Below, piece by piece: positions 51,471 through 64,000 of a DNA stretch of 64,000 nt (position 1 is its first letter; the number at the start of each line of letters is the position of its first letter). The position numbers were made by a program, and so were the translations under genes. Origin of the DNA: Octopus sinensis (lineage: Eukaryota); contig NC_043003.1 in assembly GCF_006345805.1 (NCBI RefSeq), positions 83,266,001-83,330,000 on the forward strand, read 5' to 3'. Under the pieces are notes generated by a model. It had not been told where the DNA came from and ran no database searches. It worked only from the letters and a program-made list of their open reading frames with translations.

Positions 51471-52553
51471 GCAGTTTACTAATAATAATAATTATAATAA
51501 TTACTGCTGTTACATTACTCTCAGCATTTTCCCATGAAAATATATGTTTTAACAATACCCAAGAGAGACTACTCTTCCTCACGTCAAACTAACTTGCTAT
51601 ACTTCATGAGATTTTTTTAAACATACTATTTGCCGATTAAGACCATAGGAATTCTTTCTTTGGCTTCTACTTCACTAAGACAACTCAGAATCTAAGGCGA
51701 TTTGGTGTTATGTAGAATAACTTCCTTTATTTTTTTCTGTCAAGAAATACGACGAAACACCAGCCAAATATTTGGCGCTATGACCCAAGAGTAAGTGATT
51801 TAATATGTTACCAACTCAGCCATCTTACCTTTTATCATATCTGGAAAAACTGACACACTAATTGAAATCTCAAATCCACATCAAATTATTTCATTAATAA
51901 CTAAATCTTCTTAAAAGAAGTCTTTCTAGAATTTTCTTCATCTCACCCTGAACTATAGCCATAAATATTTCAACCCGGTGTGTATAAACTAAGATAATAT
52001 AATGGTATTTTTCTTGGGGACATATTGATTTATTTTTCTTCAGTTCTAATTATACGGTTGAGTACTTTCAATTCTACCTTTTTTTTTAGTTTGGTCTGTA
52101 GTGTGAAAAACAAAATTCCATAATAAAATAATGCACATAAATTCCAATTTTCAAATTTTTTTAAATTAAAAAGAATAAAAAAATGAATTAATAGACAAAA
52201 GTAATATCATTATTACGCTTTATGTATTTGACATATTTATACAGATGGAAAATATTCTTTACAGTTCAGGTGGAGATGTAATAGTTATAATGGTAAACAG
52301 GTTAGTAGTATAGTCAGCAGAATTTTATAGAATTTCCTTATATGGAATTATAACTATGGAATATATATTTGAAAACCAAATTACTGAATTACTGGTGCAC
52401 TAGCAGCGTTTTGCTTCAATGCTATTGTATGTTTTAGGGTATATAGATTTTAGCCAACACTATATATTTAGCAAGGGTATATAAATGCTCCATTTTCATA
52501 TATAATATTTTTATAGACAGAAAAAAAAGATGAGTCAGTTCAGTGTTCATCAA

Positions 52554-52820
52554 GGCGGCGAGCTGACAGAAACATTAGCACGTCTGCCGTTACGTTCTGA
52601 GTTCAAATTCCGCCGAGGTCGAATTTGCCTTTCATCCTTTCGGGGTCGATTAAATAAGTACCTGTTACGCACTGGGGTCGATATAATCGACTTAATTTGC
52701 GTGTCTGTCCTTGTTTGTCCTCTGTGTTTAGCCCCTTGTGGGTAGTAAAGAAATAGGTATTTCGTCTGTCTTTACGTTCTGAGTTCAAATTCTGCCGAGG
52801 TCGACTTTACCTTTCATCTT
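52554..52820 (+). mobile_element. GGCGGCGAG-type SINE with a partial second body unit
   Basis: Same internal junction GTGGGTAGTAAAGAAATAGGTATTTCGTCT as the 40 kb trimer. Confidence 0.88.
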
Positions 52821-54084
52821 TAATATGAATAAGACCTATGTATGAGATTTACTTAAGCTCTCTGTAACACTTAGTTTATAAGAAATATCTCTAGAGGAAA
52901 ATACTTAGTCATTAATGAAATGCCAACACAGGATCAAAACTCGTTCGACTAATTTATTTTTGTCCATGAATATATTGTATACAAAGAAAAGATTATATTC
53001 CTTAGAGTAGACTAAAACCTATAGACATAATCTGTAGTATACAATGTATTAAAAAGACAATGATAAGAAACTGGAAACAAAAGTTAAACCTGTATTTGTA
53101 GATTATAGGTCTAGAGAGCTATAGTCTACAAATAAAATTGCAATTTGTCTTTTGTACTTTTTTATTTTACTCAGAATTCAAATTATTATTACAAATTTTT
53201 CTGTTTGAGTTTTAGAATATTACATCAAAGTTCCAAAAGTTTATTTCCGTTTATTCATACTGGGTTCATTTTGTGACGCGGTAATGATCATATCTGTGGG
53301 TTGCCTCATAATCGTAGTATGATCACTTCTTTTATAGCACAAATCTCAAAGTGGAGCTTCAACTGAACACAGCAAGCAAATAAAGTGTTAATTAGCCAAT
53401 TTCTTCAACAGTTAACTGTAATTATTCAGCTTCTTCTCATAGCAGTTCGTCATAATACAAATGGTTCCTGTTTAAAATCAATTGAATTTGATAATTGAGA
53501 ATTAAGTTTCTTGCTATTGACATAGCTTGGTACCAATCGTGTAAACATCGCATCGTCATATACTATGCATGAAATGAAACGATAGCCTTTTGCTTCGCTC
53601 AGTACTCCAGCTCTCTTATTGATTCAGTCATCAGCCATAGTACAACGATTCTGATAGCATCAAAAATAATGTTATTTGAATTTTCGTTTCCTCATAACTA
53701 TCAGTAAATACACTATATCTCATAATTGATATTTTAAACCAGCTACAGACGCTATCAAGAACAATGTGGTGATGGTTTAATTTCAGTTTGATGAGGGAAT
53801 GATTAATAATCACTCGATAATATATTCTAATGAATGGTTCTCTGTCATCTATAAAACAGTTAATATCTGTGTTTAGCTTCCAATTATAAGTAGTTGATAT
53901 TTAAATAATTATATGAAATAATATTTTCCCCAATATTTATTTCAGCATAACTCTGGCTACTATATCTTAAAATATTTAATTCCGGCTAAATGAAATTATA
54001 CTAATTGCCATACGTTTGTTGCGGCAAATGTTATTGACAACCCTGTGGGATTGAAAGAATGGACTAGCCCAACTGTTATAAAAG

Positions 54085-55210
54085 TGGCGACGAGTTTATT
54101 CGGAGCTTACATTGGACGTTAACATTTTCTTTTGATACAAAATCAAAGAAAAATTAGTTAACATAGAAGACTTATTAGATCCTGTGGCACAATTGCAACA
54201 GTTATAGCAGCAATTACAACAACAAAAACACCAACAGTTGCTGGAATTAATGTTGAAGTCCGAAACAACTTCAGGCTCGTCCTCCGCAGATGGCGTAACA
54301 AACGCAACTTCAGAATTTAGTTCTAACCCAGCAGAAGATATCACCTTTTCTGCACATTTCCGAAGATATGAAGAAACCTTTAAAGAGAAATTAAAAAATC
54401 GGTCGAACAAGGAAAAGGTACGGCTGCTTTTAAGAAAATTATCCCCTGCCGAACAAGAAAAATATTGTAACTAGAATGTCCCCTAAAATCCATGTATAAT
54501 TTGTTTCGATGAAACAATTGAATTATCGAAAATTTTCAGTGTGAGAAGTTTCCTATTCAATACTTGCTGGGAGTGTTTGAATTTAGTGAAAAGAGATGAT
54601 GAAGATTTCGTCACCTATGCCGGAATCATCAACAGAGAAGGCTAAAATTTCAAACTAAAAGAAGTGACCTCGGATATGTTCAAATGTCTAATTTTTATTC
54701 AAAGATTAACTGCAGAGATACGTGCCCGGATATTAACAAAATTAATAGGATCAGAATTTGACTCTGCAAGCAGTGGCAGCGAAATGTCAAGAAATTATTA
54801 ATATTCGACATAACGCAAATAAAATCTAAGAAAAGTATTACTCTCACTTATATGCGTGTCGAAGATCAAGATCCAATCCATGCTATGGGTACGGAGGTCT
54901 ACATATCAGAAATAACTGTCCGTTTAAAAATGTTTAATGTTTTAACGGTAAAAACAAGAATCGGACATAAAAGCTCACATTGCAGTACGAAACAAAAAAA
55001 GGTCGAATGGAAAAAATTCTGGAAAGATTTTTTTCAACGGAGAAGTCGTAGGAGCCGTTGAGAGTTCGTGGAAGTCGTTGAGTTTGTTGAGAATTTGTAT
55101 TTATTGGATTATCTTCTTTCATGGAGTAATTTGAAGTACGTCGTGTGAAGAGAGTTGTGACTATCCTCGCTTCGTGAAATCTGGATATCCAACGTATAGA
55201 AGTATATAAA
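54085..55210 (+). mobile_element. Gypsy-type LTR retrotransposon relic: putative PBS and gag pseudogene
   Basis: TGGCGACGAG (PBS-like) at 54085-54094, then FSAHFRRYEETF..EKVRLLLRKLSPAEQEKYCN..SFLFNTCWECLNLVKRDDEDFVTYAGIIN..DMFKCLIFI, motifs of metazoan Gypsy gag; stops and frameshifts; no pol seen. Confidence 0.8.
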
Positions 55211-55619
55211 AACTTTATAGAGAAATATTTTGGATTTCTAAATGAAACATTTTACATGCTCAACACAGTTTAGCTATAAAACATACGCACCTATTCCACA
55301 TCTAGTTTCGATAATGAAGCATTCCTTTTGTCATTCCTCAGCATGTAGGTGGAAATGTTTAATTGATTCGAAAAATAGTAAGAAGAGTTATTTAATCAGC
55401 ATTTGATGGCGTGATAATAAATCGCATTAAGTGCGAGAACGTCTTCTTAAATAAAGCCATTTTCCGTTGCTCTGAGTTCATTCATTTTCTCATTGAATAA
55501 GGATTTCCGCTGACGTGATAACCATTCAGGGCTAGTTTACTTCAAAAGTTGGTCACTGAATACCTAAATATTTTCCATCATTATTATTATTACTACTATC
55601 ATCATCATTATTATTATTG

Positions 55620-56725
55620 AGGCAGCGAGCAGGCAGAATCGTTAGCACGCCGGGCGAGATTCTAAGCGCTATTTCGTCCGTCTTCACGTTCTGAGTTCAA
55701 ATTCCGCCGAGGTCGACTTTGCTTTTCATCCTTTCGGGGTCGATACATTAAGTACCAGTTGCGTACTGGGGTCGATCTAATCGATTGGACGCTCCCCAAA
55801 AATTTCGGACCTTGTGCCTAGAGTAGAAAAGCTTATTATTATTATTAGTAGTAGTAGTAGTAATATTATTATTAAGGTGGCGAACTGGCAGACACGTTAG
55901 CACACCGGGCGAAACATCTAGCGACATTTTGCCGTCTTTACATCGACTTCCCCTTTCATTCTTCCGGGGTTGATAAAATACGTACTTGATGATTACGAGT
56001 GTCGATGTAATCGACTAGGTCCTTATCCCAAAATTACTGGCCTGGTGCCAAAATTTGAAACCATTTTTTTAAACAGCGAGCTAGCAGCATCATTAGCATA
56101 CCGGGCAAATGCTTGACAGTATTTCGTCCATCTTTACGATCTAAATACAAATTCCACCGAGGTTGGCTTTGATTTCATTCCACTGGGGTCGATGGGTGCC
56201 TACAGTAGAAATTATTATTACTATTATCATTAGTAGTAGTAGTAGTAAGGCAGCGTGCAGATAGAATGGTTAGCACGTCTGACAAATTGCTTAGCAGCAC
56301 CCTCTGAGTTCAAATACCGCCGAGGTCGACTTTTCCTTTCACCCTTCGAGATAGATAAAGTACTAGTGAAACACTGGGGTTGGTATAATCGACTGGTCCT
56401 CATCCCACAAATTGGAGGCCTTGTGTCTCCAGTAGAAAGGATTATTATTATTATTATTATTACTACTAACACTACTACTACTGTTGTTGTTGTTATTATT
56501 ATATCTAAGGCGGTGATATGCCAGAATCGTGAATATGCCGGACAAAATGCTCAGCGGCATTTTTTCCGTCTTTATGTTCTAATCTCAAATTCTGCCTTGG
56601 TCGACTTTCCCTTTCATACTTAGGTACTCAATAATATAAGTACCAAGAGAGCACGGAGCTCGATGTAATCGACTAGATCCTGCCCCCAAATTTCAGGCCA
56701 TGAACCTTTAGTAAAAAGGATTATA
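55620..56725 (+). mobile_element. Head-to-tail cluster of 5 decayed GGCGGCGAG-type SINEs separated by (ATT/AGT/ACT)n
   Basis: Heads at ~55620, 55877, 56075, 56249 and 56509, most directly preceded by a trinucleotide tract. Confidence 0.88.
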
Positions 56726-58734
56726 ATTGTATCCCCTCCCATTAATCTCCATGACAACAGGAACGAAATTGTGTTCATGGCATTTAAACAATTCCAGAGA
56801 ATATATCCGCCTACATTAATTTTTATTTTTCAATTACGACACAACATACAAAAGAAACATTATGAAATGTTAACACATCATTTTGACATCAAGCTTTCAT
56901 ATAAATTTAACATATAATACATCTATAACTGAAATGTGTAATAATGATTTTACTATATGTCATCATATAAATACTTATACAGAGCACACTGATTACGTAG
57001 TAGTAGTCTACCCAGACGCTCCTCTCCAGAAATGCCACTCTTGAGAACAATTGAAAACAAACTTTCGTGGCTGTGTGCCGACTATCAACACAATCAGTCG
57101 GTTTTTGCTTCGCCCACATTCGAATATTTTTAACATTAACTCTATCGATTTTACCTAATTAGTTATGTCACCTAAACTAAAAGAACATTATACGATTATG
57201 TGATCGAATGACCTGCAAGAAATACCAGCCAAATTCCTTTAAATTTATAATTTACCATCTCTTTAAAGACGGGTGAAATTTCTATATCAAAGATTGCTAG
57301 ATCGAGGCTGAAATACCTTTAATCATAAGTCTTCTGCACCATGCAATAATAATCTTTGATGTAACAAATACCAATGTCAGCTCCAGCAAACATTAACAAC
57401 CTCAACGATGGAATTCGAATTGCATATTATCATTCACTAGGCAGCCACGTTGTCTGTTTCGCAACAGATTATCTCTTATTTTAACTACACTATTTTCTGT
57501 CTGCAATATAATTCTTCAGTCACTTAGCACTCGCAAAATAGGCTATTGTACTAATAAATATATTTCCAGTAGCATTTACAGTGAATCATCTCTCAAAATC
57601 TGTAGTAACCAATCCATACTTATATTTTACAATTAACTATCTAGCTAGTATCTAATCAACTTCTGGATTGTCAGTTTTCAGTCTATTTGCAGTCATTTTA
57701 CTGTATTTCAGTAATATTTTATATAGAACCCCCAACACGATCCAGTACAAGTCTCGGTTTAAATATCACTCGATAAATACCAATGATAATGTGTTTTGAT
57801 TAAGTATCACTTCCTATTCCAAAATCAAGTTTTAAGTTTCCTGTTGGACTTTATGCTACTTAGAAATATTTCTAAATAAATACTACCATTATGAAAATGC
57901 ATCGAGGCTGACCACTCAAGTAAACTAGGTCAACAGCTCTTTCGTTTATGTATACATATCAACCCAATTTATATTTCCGGTTTCGGTTTCGTTCCTACCT
58001 TATTGAACTGCTGCACATGTCTATACAGTTCATTCTGCCAATGACCATTTCCGGTTTGTGCGGCATCGAACAATGAAAAAAAAAGCATCTCACACTCAGT
58101 AGGATACTATCTCAAATCATCAGACAAGAGAAATTGTACTCAACACATTAAACCGATGATCTACATCAATTTCTTATAGTTGCGAGGACGTTTATAGCGT
58201 TAAATTGCATCCTGCACCCTGCGGTTTCTACATAGAGAGATGGACTCATTCAGCCATTGAGTTTCTCATCTCCATTTTCACCCAACCATGTTCTATCTGC
58301 TTGATACAGAAAGATCGAATATACTTGCATATAAACCTAGATCAAGACGACGAAGCACGTTGCCTACAATCTTTAAGTCTTTAAGAAATAGCTGTCAAAT
58401 CGTTCCCTCAAATTACTTACTCTGCACCATCTTAAAAGTTATTTAATATATTCTTAGATGCATTATTTAATGTACTTCGAATACTCGAGAAGATATGACA
58501 TTCATTCCCGAATCCTGAAACACAGTTGAATAGGCTATCATAGACTAAACAGTTGAAAGTCTATCATAGGCTAAACAACTCCAGAAAAATAAAATTCAAA
58601 GATAATATCAGTAAGATTTGAGCACCGGATAATACAATATAAACACTAAATATATGAAATACAAATCGATATTTCTCATATTTGTACAATCAATGTACGG
58701 GATAAATAATGTCGATTACATTAATAACAGTATT

Positions 58735-59135
58735 GGCTGATTGGTAAGTAGCTTGCTTACGAACCACAGGTTCCGGGTTCAGTCTCACTGCGTGGCACCT
58801 TGGGCAAGTGTCTTCTACTATAGCTACAGTCCGACCAAAGCCTTGTGAGTGGATTCGGTAGACGGAAACTGAAAAGAAGCCCGTCGTATATATGTATATA
58901 TGTATGCGTGTGTATATGTTTGTGTGTCTGTGTTTGCCCCCCCCCCCAGCATCGTTTGACAACCGATGCTGGTGTGTTTATGTCCCCGTAACTTAGCGGT
59001 TCGGCAAAAGAGACCGATAGAATAAGTACTAGGCTTACAAAGAATAAGTCCTGGGGTCGATTTGCTCGACTAAAGGCGGTGCTCCAGCATGGCCACAGTC
59101 ACATGGCTGAAACAAGTAAAAAAGTAAAGGAGTAA
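58735..59135 (+). mobile_element. CORE-type SINE (same family as 44078)
   Basis: GGTAAGTAGCTTGC..GGGTTCAGTC..GGCACCTTGGGCAAGTGTCTTCT..GGCGGTGCTCCAGCATGGCCACAGTC..AAACAAGTAAAAAAG. Confidence 0.9.
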
Positions 59136-59984
59136 ATAATTCTTTAAAATATTAATGCTATAAACCATTTAATATTTTATAAAATAAGGTACTAAGTACT
59201 TAAGGCAGTTAATACTTCACTGTCGATATAAATTTTCTCTTTTTTTTCTGGTGCGTGATTTTATTTTTACTCTCACTCTGTAGGTTGAAATAATATTTTC
59301 CTATTCCTCTATTTCTAAAGTAGAGGGGAGTGAACGTGACATAATTTGTTTGTTCATTTTCAATTATCTGAGAGGCAAAGGTTTGGAACATAACAATAGA
59401 CTTAAAATCATCCAGCTGTGTGTGGGTGAGGTCAATCAATGTTAGGCACATAAAATAGGATTTCATTTATTCAAAAGAGCTTTTTTTTTTCACCATTCAC
59501 TGTTGCGTTAGCACAGTGATTTCTGCAATAAAAAATATTGGCTCGTGTCCAGTTTACAACTGAAATTTCACTTCAACCAATCATATTCTAGATGAATTGA
59601 AATAGCTTAAAACTTGCTATTATTTCATTTTTATTGACTTCTGTGAATGATGGAATTACACCACAGATAGATGTCAGTGATGTTTTTGAATTAAGAGTTG
59701 AAATGGTTGATGAAGAACTCGTTGAGTGTTATCCGAATTGACGCGCTGTATCAATATAAATAGAATCAAATATCATAAATGCATTACTCTTAGAGAAGTA
59801 TATATCACGTACAAAGCAGATTGAGTATCACAGTAAATTCTTGACCGAACAAATTTGTGGAGAATTGAAGCCGTCTTGATGCTGATGGTAGCAATTATTT
59901 TAACAATAAAAAAATTACATCAACAGCAATAACAGCAACCACAATAATGCTACTATTTGTGTTCTGCTCTACTACTACTACTAC

Positions 59985-60023
<39 letters not shown>

Positions 60024-62869
60024 AATGATAATGGTAGCAATATAATTCCAGAATGTGTAGATATCTTTGTAGTTCACTTTACGTGATTCCCTAATTTGTC
60101 TGTAGCCATTTCTATTTAATACACTTCATCGTTCATAGTCCCATTACACATTACATCCATTAGATGGCAGGCAAAAAACCAATATTTAATCCGAAGAGTT
60201 ATTCCTTTGTAACTAAAGAAGATACTTTGCTCTTTCGATTGAGCGGTTTATCAGATCGTTTAAGACTATAGACGCTAGAGAGAGAAAATTTGTTTGGATA
60301 AAAGCAAAAATATAAAATTAAATCTTTTAAAAAAATAAATGCAACAGTTTAATCACTGCAATAGCTCGCGTGACAAACACGCAAAAGAAATACAGTTAAA
60401 AAGACTACGGTTGAGTGAGAAAAAGCAAAGATACGTGACCAAAAAGGAGGGAAGTGAAATGAGGAAAATATGCAACGTCAGTCGATTGGCCAGTAGGCAT
60501 GTGTGTTTGTGCGGTAGAGTTTACGTGTTTGGTTAAGTGATATGGAAAAAATAAATAAAATATAAAAATAAAAGTAATGAATGGAACAGAGTGGGATACA
60601 TTTTAAAGGAATGAAGCATAATATATTGATTATAAAAGTAATGATATTGTTGACTGAAAGAAGAATTCTTAAAACTCTGATAAAGATGAGACGTGGAATG
60701 AAAGTTAACATTAATAAACGAAGCAAGTTAAATAGAGAGAGGGAAAGAGAGAGAGGGAGGAGGAAGAAAGGAAATATATAACAGAATTGAAATATTATTT
60801 CTAAGAATGCTAACTTAAGATGACAAGCATGTCGTTATAAGAGGTCATAGAAATTACTGTGCTATGAGTTTATACTTTATTTAATTATAAGATTGTTTTC
60901 TATCACAGGATTTGATGCTAATGGGAAGACGGATGTGTATATTAATTCGGTCTGTCTCCATTTACACTTGCAATGTAGTAAACTAACTGAAAGACACTAC
61001 ATTCTGTGAAAGTCCTGTACAAGCGAAATTAATTAAGGAACTTATATTGCAATAAGGGCCTGAAACGACAACATTAAAATTAGACAGCACACAAAGCAGC
61101 ATTAATTAGTGCTTATATAAATATGTTGGGAGCCATTTCATGTATTGGTTTATTAGAAAAAAACATTTTCATGCATATAATGTGTATTATGTTAGAAGAT
61201 ACACACTTTCAAATGAAGCGCTTATGGTAAAAAGTGCCCCGGTGGTAACAGCTATGTTTTGTATCATGCCACACATTCGTAAAAGGATGCATTGTTTGAT
61301 TACTTCGACACCAAAACACCGCTGTTACTTATTTGATTAAGTCCAAACAAAACAAGGTTAAATATAGTGCTGTTTGAAGACAGCACTTAGAGGATGGTAA
61401 TTAAATAATTCACTGGCACGAAGTTGATTAAGGTTAATTTTAAAATGTGGTGGTGATGGCGGTCTGGCAGAAATAGGAAATTATAGGAATCTCTTATCGT
61501 TTTTGTTACGTGTTTTTAGGTTCTGAGTTCAAACTCCGCGAAAATAAACTTTACTTTTTCTCCACTTGGATTAACAAAATTATATTCTGCTGTCCTACCG
61601 AAATGACACTCAATTTAGTGTAGATCCTCTCCTACAGATTGAAGCGAACAAGAAAGGAATTGAGACGAGGATAATATGCAAGATCAATTGATTGCATAGG
61701 TATGTATTTCTACTTCTCTTTGTGATGTAGTTTACGGGTTTGGTTATGTTGCTAGTGGCACAATCAATGAAGCGTTGAACAAATTCCTTTTATGTCTAAC
61801 GTAATTGGTAGCATAATCAGTGGGTTACCGAAATAATGCGTTCTGGTTTTTAGTGTGTTTGATGGCACGATCAGTGGAACGTCGAACAAATTCCTTGCAG
61901 TTTTTAACATTGCTGCGGTTCAAATCTTGCTGGAAATAATTTGGCTTTGCATGAGTTGCTAAAAATTAATACCAGTAAAATTTAGATTAAAATTGAGTTA
62001 CACAGCTACATCCAAACCTAACACCCAAAATGTATTGTAATGTGCCACTCTAAGACATTACTTTGTTAAACCTTGAAGATGAAACAAATATAACCTTATA
62101 GAATCGGATCCAAGGCTGGCAGAAACGATAAAAGCCAAGCTAAATGCATTACAGTATGTTGTTGCATTCAACTAAACCATTCACGTTAACATTATCTTTT
62201 CTATCTTTCTAAAGTCGACAAAATAAAACATCAGGAATATAGTAGGAACTGCATCTGTTCTCCCACATTATACGTTAATAGTTCCTAGTCAAAAGGAATT
62301 GCCTTTGTTGTATTCGGTATATTTCCTTAAGAAAAAAATCATTCGGTACATTCGCTTGATTTGACTGTACGATCTAGTAACACTTCCTTTAACCATACTA
62401 CCACAGTTTACTTGCTTCGCATCATCCCACAACATTACACTATCCTATATTCACCTTATCTCAGCGTCTAGACATGATACATTACAGCAGCCCTTTAGCA
62501 CAATAAATCCTCACACAGCAATAAATCCTCGCACATGTTACCATAACACATTACAACAGAATAGTAATGGAGAACACTATCATAAAATATTACCTTAAGC
62601 TATTACTACAGCTTCTTAGTACAATATATTTTACAACACACTATTACAGAAAAACTACTGCAGTACATTACTACCGAACCTTAGCATCATATTACAGTAA
62701 GCAACTTCCACAACGCACCACCTCAGCATATTACTAGATTACGTAGGTGCAGCTCATTACCACAATATAGCATCAACATCTTGTAACAGGGTCTTAGTAG
62801 AACATATTACCACAAAACATTACCTCCGCGTTTTATGCATATTGCTACATCACATTGCATTACATAAGG

Positions 62870-63187
62870 GGCACTGCGCTGGTCATGATGACGAGCATTG
62901 CAATTGATCCGATCAACAGAGCAGTTTCCTCATTAAATTAACCTGTAAATGGTTGCGCACTCCACAGACACACGTACCTTTATCGTAGTTCTGAAGGAGA
63001 TTCAGCGTGACATAGGACGTGAGAAGGCTGTCCTTTGAAATACAGGTACAACTTATTTTTACCAGCTGATTGGACTGGAGCATCGTAAAAAAAAGTGCCT
63101 TACTCGAGGACACAATGCACTGCCGAGAATCGAACTCACAAACTTACCTTCGTGAACGGAATACCCTAACCACTAAGGCAAGTGCCT
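62870..63187 (-). mobile_element. tRNA-derived SINE
   Basis: Minus strand: GCCTTAGTGGTTAGGG (A box), GAGTTCGATTC (B box), CORE-like TTGTGTCCTCGAGTAAGGCACTT, then the central block shared with 3835. Confidence 0.75.
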
Positions 63188-63249
63188 TCACTCTGCATAT
63201 CATAATTCTAATTGATCTTTACAAATGGTTTCTATTTTCGGTACAAAGC

Positions 63250-63430
63250 CAGTAATTTAGTGGGAGAATGTAAGTCAATTACATCGACCTCACTAATCAA
63301 CTGGCATTTATCTTATCCTCCCTGAAAGGGATGAAATCTAAAATCGACCTCGGTAAAATTTTAACTAAGAGCGTAAAGACGGACGAAAAAATGCCGCTAA
63401 GCAACTTGCTTGTGCTAACGTTTCTTTCAG
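63250..63430 (-). mobile_element. Decayed GGCGGCGAG-type SINE
   Basis: AAGTCAATTACATCGACC..AAAATCGACCTCGG..GACGGACGAAAAAATGCCGCTAAGCA..GCTAACG. Confidence 0.75.
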
Positions 63431-64000
63431 CACGCTGCCTTATTTTATCACTGCACACGAGTATCAAACGTAGAAACTTTCAGATATGGTCCCTCGTATC
63501 AACTCGTAGCACCGCTTTGTCCGGGTTCCATGGCTGAAGAGGAAATAAATACTCCGACAGGCATGCATTCCACAGACTAGTCAGGTGGTGCTGCGAGCTA
63601 ATTCAGTGTATTTACACTACTTTGTCAACGGCAAAAAATTTTTTACAAGACAAAATACTTTGAATTACTTTCTAACGGGTTCGTATATGACTCAAACATA
63701 TTTGAACCGATAACTACTTTGTATTTCAACTTTATATTCCAGTATTCTGCTCTCTGTTTCCCTTTTTCTATCTGTCTATCAGTCTACATACCTATCTCTT
63801 TATTTCTAGCTTCTTGTCTGTTCCCTCATTTCTTTCACAATCTCACACACACTCTCTCTCTCTCTCCCTTTCTTTCCCTCTCTTTCTTTCTTTCCCCCCT
63901 CTCTCTCTCTGTCCATTTTTCCCTGTTGTTGCCAAAACCTTGACCACAGAACTGAAACGCTGTGAAATTTTTTCCTTGCTTCTTTCTCAATTTGGTTTTG

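Noticed and set aside
63529-63585. ATGGCTGAAGAGGAAATA, a possible + strand gene start
   Set aside because: The frame stops after 16 codons, with only weak or non-canonical donors.

Overview
AT-rich, microsatellite-dense animal genomic DNA. The SINE, Penelope and Tc1/mariner complement suggests an octopus or other coleoid cephalopod (inference; no database search was run). Almost all ORFs in the supplied track are microsatellite artefacts. Three minus-strand exons (43420-43465, 24681-24775, 8236-8352) have good splice signals and compatible phases. They splice into one open frame of an unidentified protein with ~18.6 kb and ~16.3 kb introns. The rest is transposon debris: tRNA-derived SINEs of at least three types, three Tc1/mariner relics, mariner and hAT MITEs, RTE, RLE-type (R4/Dong/HERO-like) and Penelope retroelement fragments, and a Gypsy gag relic. 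The most unusual feature is a series of long fold-back (inverted-repeat) modules, most set in (TA)n tracts. The main example is a 1.8 kb block of three hairpin modules (one with 300 bp arms at ~99% identity) bounded by a 19 bp direct repeat that looks like a single target-site duplication. Also notable: head-plus-multimer SINE concatemers whose internal units carry AGTAAA instead of AATAAA, a 94 bp Tc1 patch bridging a deletion in a LINE, and LINE 3' ends stacked in (CATA)n.
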